Source of the DNA: Escherichia coli
Lineage (GTDB): Bacteria > Pseudomonadota > Gammaproteobacteria > Enterobacterales > Enterobacteriaceae
DNA: 64,000 nucleotides
Direction: 5' to 3' (one strand)
NCBI RefSeq assembly: GCF_044647545.1
Contig: NZ_CP172818.1
Shown: positions 1 through 10,493 of the stretch, piece by piece
How positions within the stretch are numbered: the stretch's first letter is position 1
Layout of the letters: each line of letters opens with the position of its first letter
The notes under the pieces: generated by a model
The model's input: only the letters and a program-made list of their open reading frames with translations
Told to the model about the DNA's origin: nothing
Databases searched by the model: none
Translations under genes and position numbers: made by a program

Positions 1-242
1 TTACCGCCTTCACGGTTATGACGAATATATTCAGGATGCGCAGGACGCAAATCCCGCGGAATCAGCATATCAATGTTATTGCCAATGACTTCTTCACGTT
101 TGTACCCCCAGAGCTTCTCTGCGGCGGGGTTGAAAAACATCACTTCATCATTTTCGTTAATTAACACCGCACCCATCATATTTTGCTCAAGGGCGGGGAA
201 AAAAATGCCATCGGCGGCATTATCCGCATCGGTTAGCTTCAT
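1..242 (-). CDS. dosP: c-di-GMP phosphodiesterase DosP, N-terminal 80 codons only (gene continues beyond window start)
   Basis: Reverse-complement translation from ATG at 242-240 gives MKLTDADNAADGIFFPALEQNMMGAVLINENDEVMFFNPAAEKLWGYKREEVIG..., a PAS-type N-terminus; lies immediately downstream of dosC as in the dosCP operon. Not in ORF track because it runs off the window edge. Confidence 0.8.
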   Translation of the reverse strand, partial: MKLTDADNAADGIFFPALEQNMMGAVLINENDEVMFFNPAAEKLWGYKREEVIGNNIDMLIPRDLRPAHPEYIRHNREGG

Positions 243-266
243 AATTACCTCTGCATCCTGACGCAT

Positions 267-1649
267 CTAAAGACTGGCTTTCCAGAGTTCAACACGGTTT
301 CTACCTCGTCTTTTGGCGATATACAGAGCTTCATCGGCTATTTGAATGAGGCGCTCATAGTCAGGATGACCATTAAACATGGCGGCACCGATGGAAAGTG
401 AGAGGGCAATATCCTCGCCGTTTGCGGCTTTCAGTTTGGTTTTCTCCACCCGACTGCGAATACGTTCTGCGGTACGTAACGTTTCGTTTTCCGAAGCTTC
501 AGTCAAAACAATGATAAATTCATCGCCACCGTAGCGGAAAACATAATCACTACTGCGGACGTTGTCATAAAAGGCCTGAGAGACTTTACGCAGAATTTCA
601 TCGCCAGTGTTATGGCCCCACGTATCGTTGATCTCTTTGAATTTATCAACGTCAATAATCAGCACTGACAGCGGTGTACCGGTCCGGTTGGCATGGGCAA
701 TTTCGCGTTTGAAGATCGTCGGCAGGAAACGACGGTTAAGTAATTTCGTCAGGACATCCATACCGACTTCGTGGCGCGATACTTCTTCAAACAATTCACG
801 CAGCAAGGTAATAATTTGCGATACGGTATTTCTTATCTGTAATAAAAATTTCACCCGTAAACTTCTGTTATTCAAATTCCTGGTGTTACGCATGGTTTGA
901 TTGAAAATACCGTCGAAATCCTGAATCAGACGGGAGATATGGCCCACTTCGGCAATGCCGCTAAAATAATGTCGACCTTTATGGTTAAACCACAGGCCAA
1001 AATCAGCCTGGCTTAAAGGCAAACTACTGCCTAAATCAGAATCCAGCAGGACTTTATAGATAATATCTATTTCCCATGAAAGTATTGAGGCTATTTGCCG
1101 TTCTTTTTCTTCTTCGGCATTTTCCAGTAACGAGAAGATACGATAGTTTTCATCTTCCTTTGAGGCACTACTGTCACTAAAGGTAAACGCGCGGGTCATC
1201 ACTTCCATAGCGATATCAATACTGTTAATAGAGAAATGGTAGACCTGAAGTTTTTCTGCGGCGGAATAATCCGAAGAGAAGATGACCGGATAGAGGATTT
1301 TTTTCAGCACCCGAAACCCCATCTCGACAATTTCTACCGGAATTCCTATGCGGGCATGCACTTCCGCGACGGTATGCTGGATTTGTATTAGCCTTTCGAC
1401 ATCGTCAACCTGGGCAGAAAGCACGTTAATAATCCAGCGTTCCATCGCACTTTTCAACTGCCGCTCAACTTGTTCATTACTCAAGAATTCTTCGGCATGT
1501 GGGTCGATACGGACAATTCGATAAAACTCAATACTCAGATAATGAGCATGCGCAACGGCAATTTCCGCGGCTTTAGCACGAATGAGCGGATCTGCTTGTT
1601 CGACAAGCCCGGTCCACTCATCTTTCATTCTTTTAAAATACATCTCCAT
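267..1649 (-). CDS. dosC: globin-coupled diguanylate cyclase DosC (DgcO), 460 aa
   Basis: 460-aa ORF with C-terminal GGDEF domain (RYGGDEFIIVL) and N-terminal sensor region; synteny with dosP and yddW. Confidence 0.9.
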   Translation of the reverse strand: MEMYFKRMKDEWTGLVEQADPLIRAKAAEIAVAHAHYLSIEFYRIVRIDPHAEEFLSNEQVERQLKSAMERWIINVLSAQVDDVERLIQIQHTVAEVHARIGIPVEIVEMGFRVLKKILYPVIFSSDYSAAEKLQVYHFSINSIDIAMEVMTRAFTFSDSSASKEDENYRIFSLLENAEEEKERQIASILSWEIDIIYKVLLDSDLGSSLPLSQADFGLWFNHKGRHYFSGIAEVGHISRLIQDFDGIFNQTMRNTRNLNNRSLRVKFLLQIRNTVSQIITLLRELFEEVSRHEVGMDVLTKLLNRRFLPTIFKREIAHANRTGTPLSVLIIDVDKFKEINDTWGHNTGDEILRKVSQAFYDNVRSSDYVFRYGGDEFIIVLTEASENETLRTAERIRSRVEKTKLKAANGEDIALSLSIGAAMFNGHPDYERLIQIADEALYIAKRRGRNRVELWKASL

Positions 1650-2024
1650 AATTCACACCCTTATAAGGCTGGGAAAGCAGACGGAATCAAAACGAAACGC
1701 AACGTGCGAGATCGACTAACTGCACCATACTCTCCTGAAATATGAAGATATACTGAAAACAAATAAGCGACTTAGGACAGTTTCAATCTACGCTACTGTT
1801 CTTCAGAAGAGTATAGCCCATCGTAATTATTTTTCGGTGACAGCGAATATCGTATGTTTTTTCATGTTCATACATTTTTATTAGGGGATTTATGACTGTT
1901 TAACTAAGTGTGGTTAATTGCGTAGTTAATTTGACTTAAGTAAGCATGATTACTAGTGGGATATTTCAAGAGGGTAACAAGCCGGGGGGAAAGCACCGGC
2001 TTGTTACAAAGTAAGAATGGGAGT

Positions 2025-3344
2025 TTAACTGCCCCAACGACTTTGCAGATAGCTGACCGCTTGTTGAGTCTGTGGCTTATTCAGATAGTCCTCACGGAAC
2101 AAGATTGTGCCGCTAATTTCTGGCACGGCATCGTTAAGATCGAGCTGCTTTTTCAGTTCCGGTACGCCGCCGTTAATCATCCAGTCTGGCTCTATCTTTG
2201 AAGGTTCACCCACTTTATAGAAGGCGATACCGATATACAGGCGGGTCCTGGTCGGTTTAACGACATCCGCCCACCATTTTGCCAACACGTCATAACGTGC
2301 GGCACTCCGTGAGAACGGCCAGTAAATTTGGGGAGCAATGTAATCCAGCAACCCTTGTTCCACCCATCGACGGGTATCAGCGTAGGATTCGTCATAGGCT
2401 GCCGCGCCTCGGGTATCGGAACCGAGCGGATCGTGTGATCGGTTACGCCACACGCCTGCCGGGCTAACGCCAAATTCGACTTCCGGCTTAATGCTTTTAA
2501 TGGTGTGCGATACCTTCGCAATTAACTGCTGAGTATTGTTGCGCCGCCAGTCTGCTTTTGACGCAAATGCGCCGCCGTATTTGCGGTACGTTTCGTTATC
2601 ATTTAGCCGTGAAGCTGGTGACTCAGTATAGAAATAGTCGTCAAACTGCACGCCATCTACCGGATAGCGGGAAACCACTTCTGCGACTATTGATGTGATC
2701 CAGTCCTGAACCTCAGGGATGCCCGGGTCGAGGACAAAGCGATCGCCGGACGTTCTGATCCAGTCGCGGTGTTGCACATAGACGCTGGCCGGTTGTTGAG
2801 ACAGGGTGCTATTCAGTTCCCTGATAGTACCGGGCTTCGTATTAACCGATACGCGATAGGGGTTAAACCATGCGTGTACTTTCATCCCACGCTTGTGGGC
2901 TTCGTCGAGCATGAATTGCAGCGGATCGTAACCCGGATTTTCACCAATCTTACCGGTCATAAGATCGGACCACGGCAAAATTTTCGATGGCCACAGGGCG
3001 GTACCATCCGGCTTGACCTGAAAAAAGACCGTGTTTATGCCGAGACGTTGCAGATGATCCAGTTTGTCGATCATCGCCTGTTGTTGTACACGGGCCCGGC
3101 TGGTGGGGTTACTAATGTTAACCGAGGAAAGCGGTGGCCAGTCGAGGCGAGACACCGTGGCCAGCCAGATGCCACGCATCGGTTGTGACGATTGTTGCGT
3201 CGTGGCTGGTGGCTTTGAACCCGCTGGTGGTGTCACCATGGACTCTGGAGGCGTGCTTTTACAACTACACAGTAAAAGTGCCAGTGCAACCAGTATCGCT
3301 GGTCTTCTAATCGCTAATTTCTCGTTTCGGGAGCAGATATCCAT
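2025..3344 (-). CDS. yddW: lipoprotein YddW, glycoside-hydrolase-like family, 439 aa
   Basis: 439-aa ORF with signal peptide and lipobox-like LLLCSC near N-terminus; position between dosC and gadC matches K-12. Confidence 0.8.
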   Translation of the reverse strand: MDICSRNEKLAIRRPAILVALALLLCSCKSTPPESMVTPPAGSKPPATTQQSSQPMRGIWLATVSRLDWPPLSSVNISNPTSRARVQQQAMIDKLDHLQRLGINTVFFQVKPDGTALWPSKILPWSDLMTGKIGENPGYDPLQFMLDEAHKRGMKVHAWFNPYRVSVNTKPGTIRELNSTLSQQPASVYVQHRDWIRTSGDRFVLDPGIPEVQDWITSIVAEVVSRYPVDGVQFDDYFYTESPASRLNDNETYRKYGGAFASKADWRRNNTQQLIAKVSHTIKSIKPEVEFGVSPAGVWRNRSHDPLGSDTRGAAAYDESYADTRRWVEQGLLDYIAPQIYWPFSRSAARYDVLAKWWADVVKPTRTRLYIGIAFYKVGEPSKIEPDWMINGGVPELKKQLDLNDAVPEISGTILFREDYLNKPQTQQAVSYLQSRWGS

Positions 3345-3420
3345 ATGTGCTGGTTTCCGGTAAACAGATGTGCGCTCATTCTCGTACTTATCCCGGTTAA
3401 GTCAATACGACAGCAAGCAC

Positions 3421-3449
3421 GAAAAAGGGAGCGATGAATTATCGCTCCC
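3421..3449 (-). terminator. rho-independent terminator downstream of gadC
   Basis: Inverted repeat gggagcgat / atcgctccc with 5-nt loop, followed on the minus strand by a T-run; sits just 3-prime of the gadC stop. Confidence 0.5.
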
Positions 3450-3474
3450 TTATCTTATAACCATTCAGACATGG

Positions 3475-5010
3475 TTAGTGTTTCTTGTCATTCATCACAA
3501 TATAGTGTGGTGAACGTGCACGCGGGTGCAGGAAGAAGTGACCTTTTGGTGCGTTCTGACTGTTGATTGGCTCCAGAGTAACGCCGGTATTCCCTTTGCC
3601 TTTACGATCATGAACAGCATAGAGAATAAAGGGCAGGGCAAGTACCACCAGGAAACTCACGACCAGTAATTCAACATACATATCAGTAGAGTCACCCTGG
3701 ATGTTATCCGGCGGCAGGAAGGAAACAATAAACGCCATAATTGAAGTCAGCAGACCGACAATAGCCACGACCAGTTTCACCCCTTTACCACCAGGGATAT
3801 TAAATGTGCGTTTTAAGTCAGGATGTTTAAGAACCAACACAATGTAGCCAATAAACAGCATGAAATAAGCACACAGATAAATCACCACCGTCAGCGCCAG
3901 TGCGATCAGGAAGGACATGTTGTTACCGCCACCGGTATTGGTGAGGATGATCAACGCGATAGAAGTAATCACCAACTGCGAAATGACCAGCGTTACCGGT
4001 ACGCCATTTTTGTTCATTTTAGCGAATGCCGCTGGCAGCAGGTTTTTCTGCGCTGTGACATACATCCCGCGAGAAGGACCAACAATCCAGGAAGCGATTT
4101 CCGCCAGAACACCCAGCAACAGCAGTGCGGAGATCACGCGAACCGTCCACTCAATTTCCGGTGCCACATGTGACATCAGAACGGTAAAGGTTTGCATTAC
4201 CCCTGCGGAGAGGTTGATTTCATTACCCGGAATGACCATCGCAATAGACAAACCGCCAACAGAGCTTAAGCAGATTGCCGCCACCATCAGCAGTAACATA
4301 GCCAGTGGATAGTCGCGCCCGGGGTTGCTCATTTCATTGACGTGGGTTGCGGAAGCTTCAACGCCCATATAACTCAAAATGAAGGCAACAAATACAACCA
4401 GAGTGCCCACTTTAGAGAAGTCAGGGAAGAAGGTCTTCGCATCCATTTCGATAGCAACGGGGGCACCGGAGTGCAGATAAATAGCCGCTAATGCGATCAA
4501 AATAAATGCAGGTAACAGGATACCGGCGAAGAAGCCAACTTTAGCAATTCGCGCCGTGTATTTCGTGCCACCAAACTGCGTTAATGCCAGCGCCCAAAGA
4601 ATGATGAGTGCTGCAATAGTTTTGGTAATGGGGTCTTCATTCAGCGCTGGCCATTTCAGGATGTAGGAGAGTGCCCCTAACACGAAATAGAGCATCGGAA
4701 TAAAACCAATGGCGATTTGCAGATAGCCAAATGAGATCGCTGCAAATCCCCATCTCGGCCCCAGAGTATTTGATACCCAGGCGAAGACGCCACCTTCTTC
4801 CCAGCCGTCGACGGTAGCCATTTCCGCAGCACAAAGTCCCACGGGAATAAACCATAAAATCCCGCCTAATAGCAGGAAGAAGACTAATGAAAAGCCCGAT
4901 GTTGCGAAGGTAGGGTATTCATAAACAGCCATTACCATCGATGCCGTTATGGCAAAGAATCCGAGTAATGTGAGCTGCTTAGCTTTACCTGTCTGTACTG
5001 ATGTAGCCAT
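3475..5010 (-). CDS. gadC: glutamate:GABA antiporter GadC, 511 aa
   Basis: 511-aa highly hydrophobic multi-pass ORF (APC-family-like) immediately downstream of gadB. Confidence 0.9.
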   Translation of the reverse strand: MATSVQTGKAKQLTLLGFFAITASMVMAVYEYPTFATSGFSLVFFLLLGGILWFIPVGLCAAEMATVDGWEEGGVFAWVSNTLGPRWGFAAISFGYLQIAIGFIPMLYFVLGALSYILKWPALNEDPITKTIAALIILWALALTQFGGTKYTARIAKVGFFAGILLPAFILIALAAIYLHSGAPVAIEMDAKTFFPDFSKVGTLVVFVAFILSYMGVEASATHVNEMSNPGRDYPLAMLLLMVAAICLSSVGGLSIAMVIPGNEINLSAGVMQTFTVLMSHVAPEIEWTVRVISALLLLGVLAEIASWIVGPSRGMYVTAQKNLLPAAFAKMNKNGVPVTLVISQLVITSIALIILTNTGGGNNMSFLIALALTVVIYLCAYFMLFIGYIVLVLKHPDLKRTFNIPGGKGVKLVVAIVGLLTSIMAFIVSFLPPDNIQGDSTDMYVELLVVSFLVVLALPFILYAVHDRKGKGNTGVTLEPINSQNAPKGHFFLHPRARSPHYIVMNDKKH

Positions 5011-5165
5011 ATTATCCCCCTAAAACGGTATTCCTGTCGGAACCGCACCTGTTTTGTTCTGAAGCGTATTCAGAACAATATTTTCCGTTGCTAATGCCAG
5101 TGAACAGACTTTGGAAATTGTCCCGAAACGGGTGTGTTTCGGGACACCGTTACCGTTAAACGTTA

Positions 5166-6566
5166 TCAGGTATGTTTAAAGCTGTTCTGCTGGGCAATAC
5201 CCTGCAGTTTCGGGTGATCGCTGAGATATTTCAGGGAGGCTTTGTAGTCTTCCAGCAACAGTTCAGCAAAGTCCATTTCGAAGCCGCGACGACACATAAT
5301 GCGCATCACCACGATGTCAGTGGCTTCACCGCCGAGAGTGAAGGCCGGAACCTGCCAGCCGCGCAGACGCAGACGTTCAGAGAGGTCGTAGAGGGTGTAT
5401 CCCGGATCTTCACCATCTTTCAGTTTGAAGCAAACCGCTGGGATGCCTTCGTCCGGGCGACCGGTACAGATGAACTCATACGGCCCCAGTTTGGCGATTT
5501 CATCCGCCAGATAGGCAGCAACCTGGTAGGAAGCGTTCTGTACTTTGGTATAGCCTTCACGACCGAGGCGCAGGAATTCATAGTACTGTGCAATCACCTG
5601 ACCCGCCGGGCGGGAGAAGTTGATGGCGAAAGTCCCAATCTGACCACCGAGATAGTCAACGTTGAACACCAGTTCCTGCGGCAGCGCTTCTTCATCACGC
5701 CAGATAACCCAGCCGCAGCCTAGCGGAGCCAGACCGAATTTATGGCCTGAAGCACTGATCGATTTCACACGCGGCAGGCGGAAGTCCCAGACGATATCCG
5801 GGGCGACGAACGGTGCCAGGAAGCCACCGCTGGCGGCGTCGATGTGCATGTCGATGTCGATACCGGTGTCGGCCTGGAATTTATCCAGCGCATCGTGCAG
5901 CGGCTGCGGGAACTCATAGTTACCGGTATAGGTCACGCCGAAAGTCGGCACCACGCCGATGGTATTTTCGTCGCAGGCTTCAATCATGCGTTTCGGGTCC
6001 ATAAACAACTGACCGGGGCGCATAGGGATCTCACGCAACTCCACATCCCAGTAGCGGGCGAATTTATGCCAGCAGATTTGTACCGGACCGCACACCAGGT
6101 TTGGTTTATCCGTTGGCTTACCTGCAGCTTCCATACGCTTGCGCCAACGCCATTTCATCGCCATCCCGCCAAGCATACAGGCCTCGGAAGAACCAATGGT
6201 GTTGGTGCCAACGGCCTGACCATTTTTCGGTGCAGGCGCATGCCACAGATCGGCAACCATGTTTACGCAACGCAGGTCGATGGCTGCAGATTGCGGATAT
6301 TCTTCTTTGTCGATCCAGTTTTTGTTAATGGATAAATCCATCAACTTGTGGACATTTTCGTCGTCCCAGGTCTGGCAGAAAGTGGCCAGGTTCTGACGAG
6401 CGTTGCCATCAAGATATAATTCGTCATTGATAATCTGAAATGCGACATCGTCGCGCATTTCGTGCAGCGGAAAACGTTTTGATTCTGCGATAGTGGAAAT
6501 AGACTTTGCACCAAAACGTGAATCGAGTAGTTCCGACCTTAAATCCGTTACTTGCTTCTTATCCAT
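5166..6566 (-). CDS. gadB: glutamate decarboxylase GadB, 466 aa
   Basis: ORF track gives 489 aa; trimmed to internal start [21 protein letters not shown] (466 aa) which matches the recalled GadB N-terminus; PLP-dependent decarboxylase motif [10 protein letters not shown] present. Confidence 0.9.
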   Translation of the reverse strand: MDKKQVTDLRSELLDSRFGAKSISTIAESKRFPLHEMRDDVAFQIINDELYLDGNARQNLATFCQTWDDENVHKLMDLSINKNWIDKEEYPQSAAIDLRCVNMVADLWHAPAPKNGQAVGTNTIGSSEACMLGGMAMKWRWRKRMEAAGKPTDKPNLVCGPVQICWHKFARYWDVELREIPMRPGQLFMDPKRMIEACDENTIGVVPTFGVTYTGNYEFPQPLHDALDKFQADTGIDIDMHIDAASGGFLAPFVAPDIVWDFRLPRVKSISASGHKFGLAPLGCGWVIWRDEEALPQELVFNVDYLGGQIGTFAINFSRPAGQVIAQYYEFLRLGREGYTKVQNASYQVAAYLADEIAKLGPYEFICTGRPDEGIPAVCFKLKDGEDPGYTLYDLSERLRLRGWQVPAFTLGGEATDIVVMRIMCRRGFEMDFAELLLEDYKASLKYLSDHPKLQGIAQQNSFKHT

Positions 6567-6645
6567 TTTAAACTCCTTAAAATGATTGGATCGCATTAAA
6601 AAAGTAGGATTTATCGATAAAGTAAGCAAGTGCAAAGGACTCGTG

Positions 6646-6665
6646 TTTAAATAACAAAATCCTAA
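6646..6665 (-). promoter_or_regulatory. GAD box (GadE/GadX-GadW binding element) in gadB promoter
   Basis: Reverse complement of 6646-6665 is TTAGGATTTTGTTATTTAAA, the 20-bp GAD box consensus, about 80 nt upstream of the gadB start codon. Confidence 0.75.
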
Positions 6666-7173
6666 TGTTATTTATCGTGAGATATTGCGTGAATAATATT
6701 TTTTCATTGAAAAACAATATAGTAGGGAGCTATTGGGTGGTGGCAAGGTGTTTTATGCTGTTATTTTTATGTGCATTCTGTGCCTCCTGAATTATCACGT
6801 AAAAATCAGACCTTAAAATATCATTATTAGTACGCGGTTATTTACTTTGAACGCATTTATAAAATTATTACATAAAAATAGCGAATATTGCTAAAATCCC
6901 CGCCAACGATGTGTTGACGGGGCTGTGATTATTTTGGCAATAATACCCCGGCATAAGTATTTACCGGATGAGAAAGATATTGTTTAACGCGTTAAGGGGG
7001 GGGGGAGTGAATGTCATTCTCGAGCTCTTTATTCGCTGCCGCTCCGCAAACAGTAACCTTCCACCTTCTCCCATCCACCACCGGCCCCTCGCCTCGTAGC
7101 CGGCCGGCGAGCCCCGGCAGCCAGCATGGTCTCTGCCGGGGTACGGGTGTGGTCAGGCCCCTACTGCCCTCTG

Positions 7174-7364
<191 letters not shown>

Positions 7365-7439
7365 TCAGGCAGGGGGGGGAAACCGAGTAATAATGGGATA
7401 TAAGGTAATGGTGAAAAAAGGATAAACGAAAAATAAGAA

Positions 7440-9150
7440 AGTCTATGTATGAATACGCGCTGGAACCCATGCGGTGGCCTGCCTGCAATTTGCTAAATGT
7501 TGGCTTCAGTTAACTTTATCGTTGAGTAGATAATGTAATTGTCTTGGATAGAAAAATGTGATGTAAATGTCTATATTAAAAAGATTTTAGGATGAAAATA
7601 AACTTGATGATTAAAAAAGGCTAAAAGTAAACTAGAATGAAAATTACCAATGTAACATATAAAAATGGTGAATAAACTGATAAGGTGGGAGGAAGAAAAA
7701 TAATGATAGGAATGTGCTATTCATAAATAATATCGGGTCGGTGAGAATTGATAAATTATATGTATCCGATAGATAAAAAATGATAAACTAAGAGGGTAAT
7801 GGAATTAGTATAATGAGGTAAGTAAAATAATTGATATGATCAGAGTGATGGCTGCTATCATGAAAAGTAGTTACTGAATTATGGTCTGTAAGGTATGTAG
7901 CTCTGGGGGCATAAATTAAATAAAAGAAACTATGTTCTGAGAAAAGAAATTATTATTAATAAAATGCATTGTGTAATGATAAAAATAGTTTTTGGCCTGC
8001 ATAGCGTTGTTGATAGTGAATAATTTAGGAAAAAATAGGCCAGCAGAGTGGGTTCCCTGGTCGCGCTGTCTTTGTTTGATGAACTCTTTCAGAGTGCTGT
8101 CATCATCATTTTTCATGAGTAAACTGCGACTCTTTTCAAGGTAAAAACAGTAATCAATTTGAGATTAATTGAAAACTGGAGGGCTGGCTCCTGCATTCTG
8201 CTCCTGCCGGGCTTTTTGATTTGTTAATTTTGATTTATTGTAGGGTGGCTGGCTGCTGTGATAAACTCTTTAAGCTTGCATCTTTTAACGACCTGCGGAT
8301 TGGGGGGCAAGGTTATTTTTGCTTAGATCGTGTTGTAGATAACTGATGTTTTCTACTGTATAGAAAGGAATAATCGTTTTACGTATAGAATTGGCTTAAG
8401 TCTGTGTTGGGGTTATGCGGGTAATTTGACTGATGGGAAAAATTTGGGTAATTTCAGAATGGAATATTTCTGTAAACAGTGAGAATAAGAGGTTATCAGG
8501 TAGATTTTTATGTGGCTGCTTTTTTATCTGCAACAGGGCAGCAAGGAAACGCCATCAGCTTAAGGTCTTTGGAATGCTGATATGGCTGATAAGAGCTGTA
8601 GGTAAAATCATTGGGAAATAGCTGTATAATTACGGGTGAAGTCACAATAAAATTGGGGTGTGAGTGCGGATAGGTCTGACTTTAAGCCTGCCGAGCGGCA
8701 AGGACATCGATAACGCACATTATGGAGGTAAAGAGAATAATTGTATGATACTGTCCGTCAGTTGTCGAGAATGCGTAACCTGATAAGAATAGGAAGCGTA
8801 GTAGTTACTTACTCAGATAATGCTTTGATTGATCAGGTGAGGATTATTTGGCAGGTCGGAGCTTTAAGCAGGTAGCTTGGCTGGTGTGTGGCGATAGTGT
8901 TGGTGTGCGTGGGGTTGAAGTTGGGTGCCTTGGGGTGTGTTGGTGGGGGTGTCTTGGAAGTAAGAGAGAAAAAGTGGGTGAGTGAAGTAGTAAAAGAGAA
9001 GAGAAGAAGGGAAAAAGTAAAGGTTAAGTAATTGAAAAAATGAATAAAATGAGAAAATGGAATTGAGATAAAATAATATGAAAGGTTATGAAATGATAAA
9101 TATGTGATGAATGTATTATTTATTAATAAATATATCGCCTAAAAACAACG
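7440..9150. other. cytosine-depleted, AT-rich low-complexity non-coding block
   Basis: Plus strand is almost entirely G/A/T, with G/T-rich and G/A-rich stretches; no credible ORF, RBS or RNA gene; occupies the position of pqqL-yddB-yddA-ydeM-ydeN in K-12. Confidence 0.8.
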
Positions 9151-9203
9151 CGGGGCAGGGAATGACTGCATTTAATTTTTAGTAGGGTGCGTGGTGACTC
9201 TCG

Positions 9204-9974
9204 TTAGCAAATAATCAATCCTAAAGCACTCATCGTGTTGTCCGTGTTCATACCGGTGTGCCTTTGACAACGGTACTCCTTAGAAACTCTCTTTGGACTG
9301 TTGCCGAAATGTTTGCGGAACGCATAAATAAAATAAGATGTACTCGCATAACCACATTGTTCGGCAATTTTATTGACTGAACCTTCTACGCGTATCAAAT
9401 TTTTTGCGTGCTGCATTCTGGCATCTAAAAGAATCTGTGAGAATGTCGTTTGCTCTTGCTTTAGTTTTTTCTTCAACAGGCTTTCACTGATGTACAGGCA
9501 GTCACAAATATCTTTCAGCTTCCATGGGTGCGCCAGCTTCATGTTGACAATATTTCTCACTTTCCCGGAAACGGATAGCACACCGTTAGTTAATAGTGTA
9601 ATGAAACCTTTGCATGCGGCAAAAATAGACAGGCAAGAAAAAAGCAAAAGTTCTGAAAAATTATGATGATTGCGTTCTTCCGAGTTGAGATAAGCAATCA
9701 TTTCATTAAGCAATCCAGTCGGTACATTTGAAGCACGTAAAAACTTCGCAGGAACAGGCACCGTCACTGTCTGAATGTTAGTGCATTGTAGATATTTTTT
9801 AATGGTATTTTCATTAAATCCGATTTCTTTGAAATGCCGCTCATAAGGTTCAAAATGCGTACGAACAGCGTTATCTACCATCAGGATCTCGCCGTCAGAG
9901 AAGGCGTAATCTTTATCTAAAATGTTAGCGTTGAAGGCATGATGAATAAATATAACAGAACAAACGAGCGACAT
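9204..9974 (-). CDS. ydeO: AraC-family acid-resistance transcriptional regulator YdeO
   Basis: 256-aa ORF with C-terminal AraC-type HTH; directly downstream of safA and ydeP as in the K-12 safA-ydeO operon. Confidence 0.8.
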   Translation of the reverse strand: MSLVCSVIFIHHAFNANILDKDYAFSDGEILMVDNAVRTHFEPYERHFKEIGFNENTIKKYLQCTNIQTVTVPVPAKFLRASNVPTGLLNEMIAYLNSEERNHHNFSELLLFSCLSIFAACKGFITLLTNGVLSVSGKVRNIVNMKLAHPWKLKDICDCLYISESLLKKKLKQEQTTFSQILLDARMQHAKNLIRVEGSVNKIAEQCGYASTSYFIYAFRKHFGNSPKRVSKEYRCQRHTGMNTDNTMSALGLIIC

Positions 9975-10048
9975 TTTATCTCCTTAAAACAATAAAGTTT
10001 TTATCGATACTTTTTTAACATTTCATATTTATAATTTGCTGTTTATTT

Positions 10049-10246
10049 TCAGTCTTGCAAACTATTGATAATGAAATGTGTAAGATCTCTTGCAATGCGA
10101 CCCATTTCTGAAATACCCAGCTGATCAATTGCCGAAAAAATGGCTATCAACGTAAGTGTCAGTAATAAGACAACCACAATTACAGACATGATTTCTTTAT
10201 AGTTGTCTCTTTGCGTGATTTTGTTTTTCACTGTGGTCGCATGCAT
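10049..10246 (-). CDS. safA: two-component connector membrane protein SafA, 65 aa
   Basis: 65-aa ORF with single hydrophobic segment (VIVVVLLLTLTLIAIFSAI), located between ydeP and ydeO. Confidence 0.8.
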   Translation of the reverse strand: MHATTVKNKITQRDNYKEIMSVIVVVLLLTLTLIAIFSAIDQLGISEMGRIARDLTHFIINSLQD

Positions 10247-10493
10247 TTCAAATATGTTTATTTAGCGGATAACGTTAAAAATCGTTAATCAGTATGCTTA
10301 ATATAACAGGCTGGAAAAAAGAGGAAATAGGACTGGTGCTTCAGTACTGAGCGGAGTTTCTTACAGCTGTAGGCAGAAGTTTATATCTTATAGTATGTAG
10401 TCTAATTTAATCCATGTGAGCAAATTGCGCGATAATAGTCAATGAGGAATTCTTCTGCTGTGCGGATGACAGCAGAAGAAATGAGAAGAGGCA

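Noticed and set aside
5172-6335. Plus-strand ORFs (183 aa, 163 aa and others) overlapping gadB
   Set aside because: Antisense to a strongly supported, highly expressed gene; no independent start context.
7916-8621. Small ORFs (66 aa and 62 aa) inside the cytosine-depleted block
   Set aside because: Low-complexity composition, no Shine-Dalgarno context, embedded in anomalous sequence; expected by chance in AT-rich DNA.
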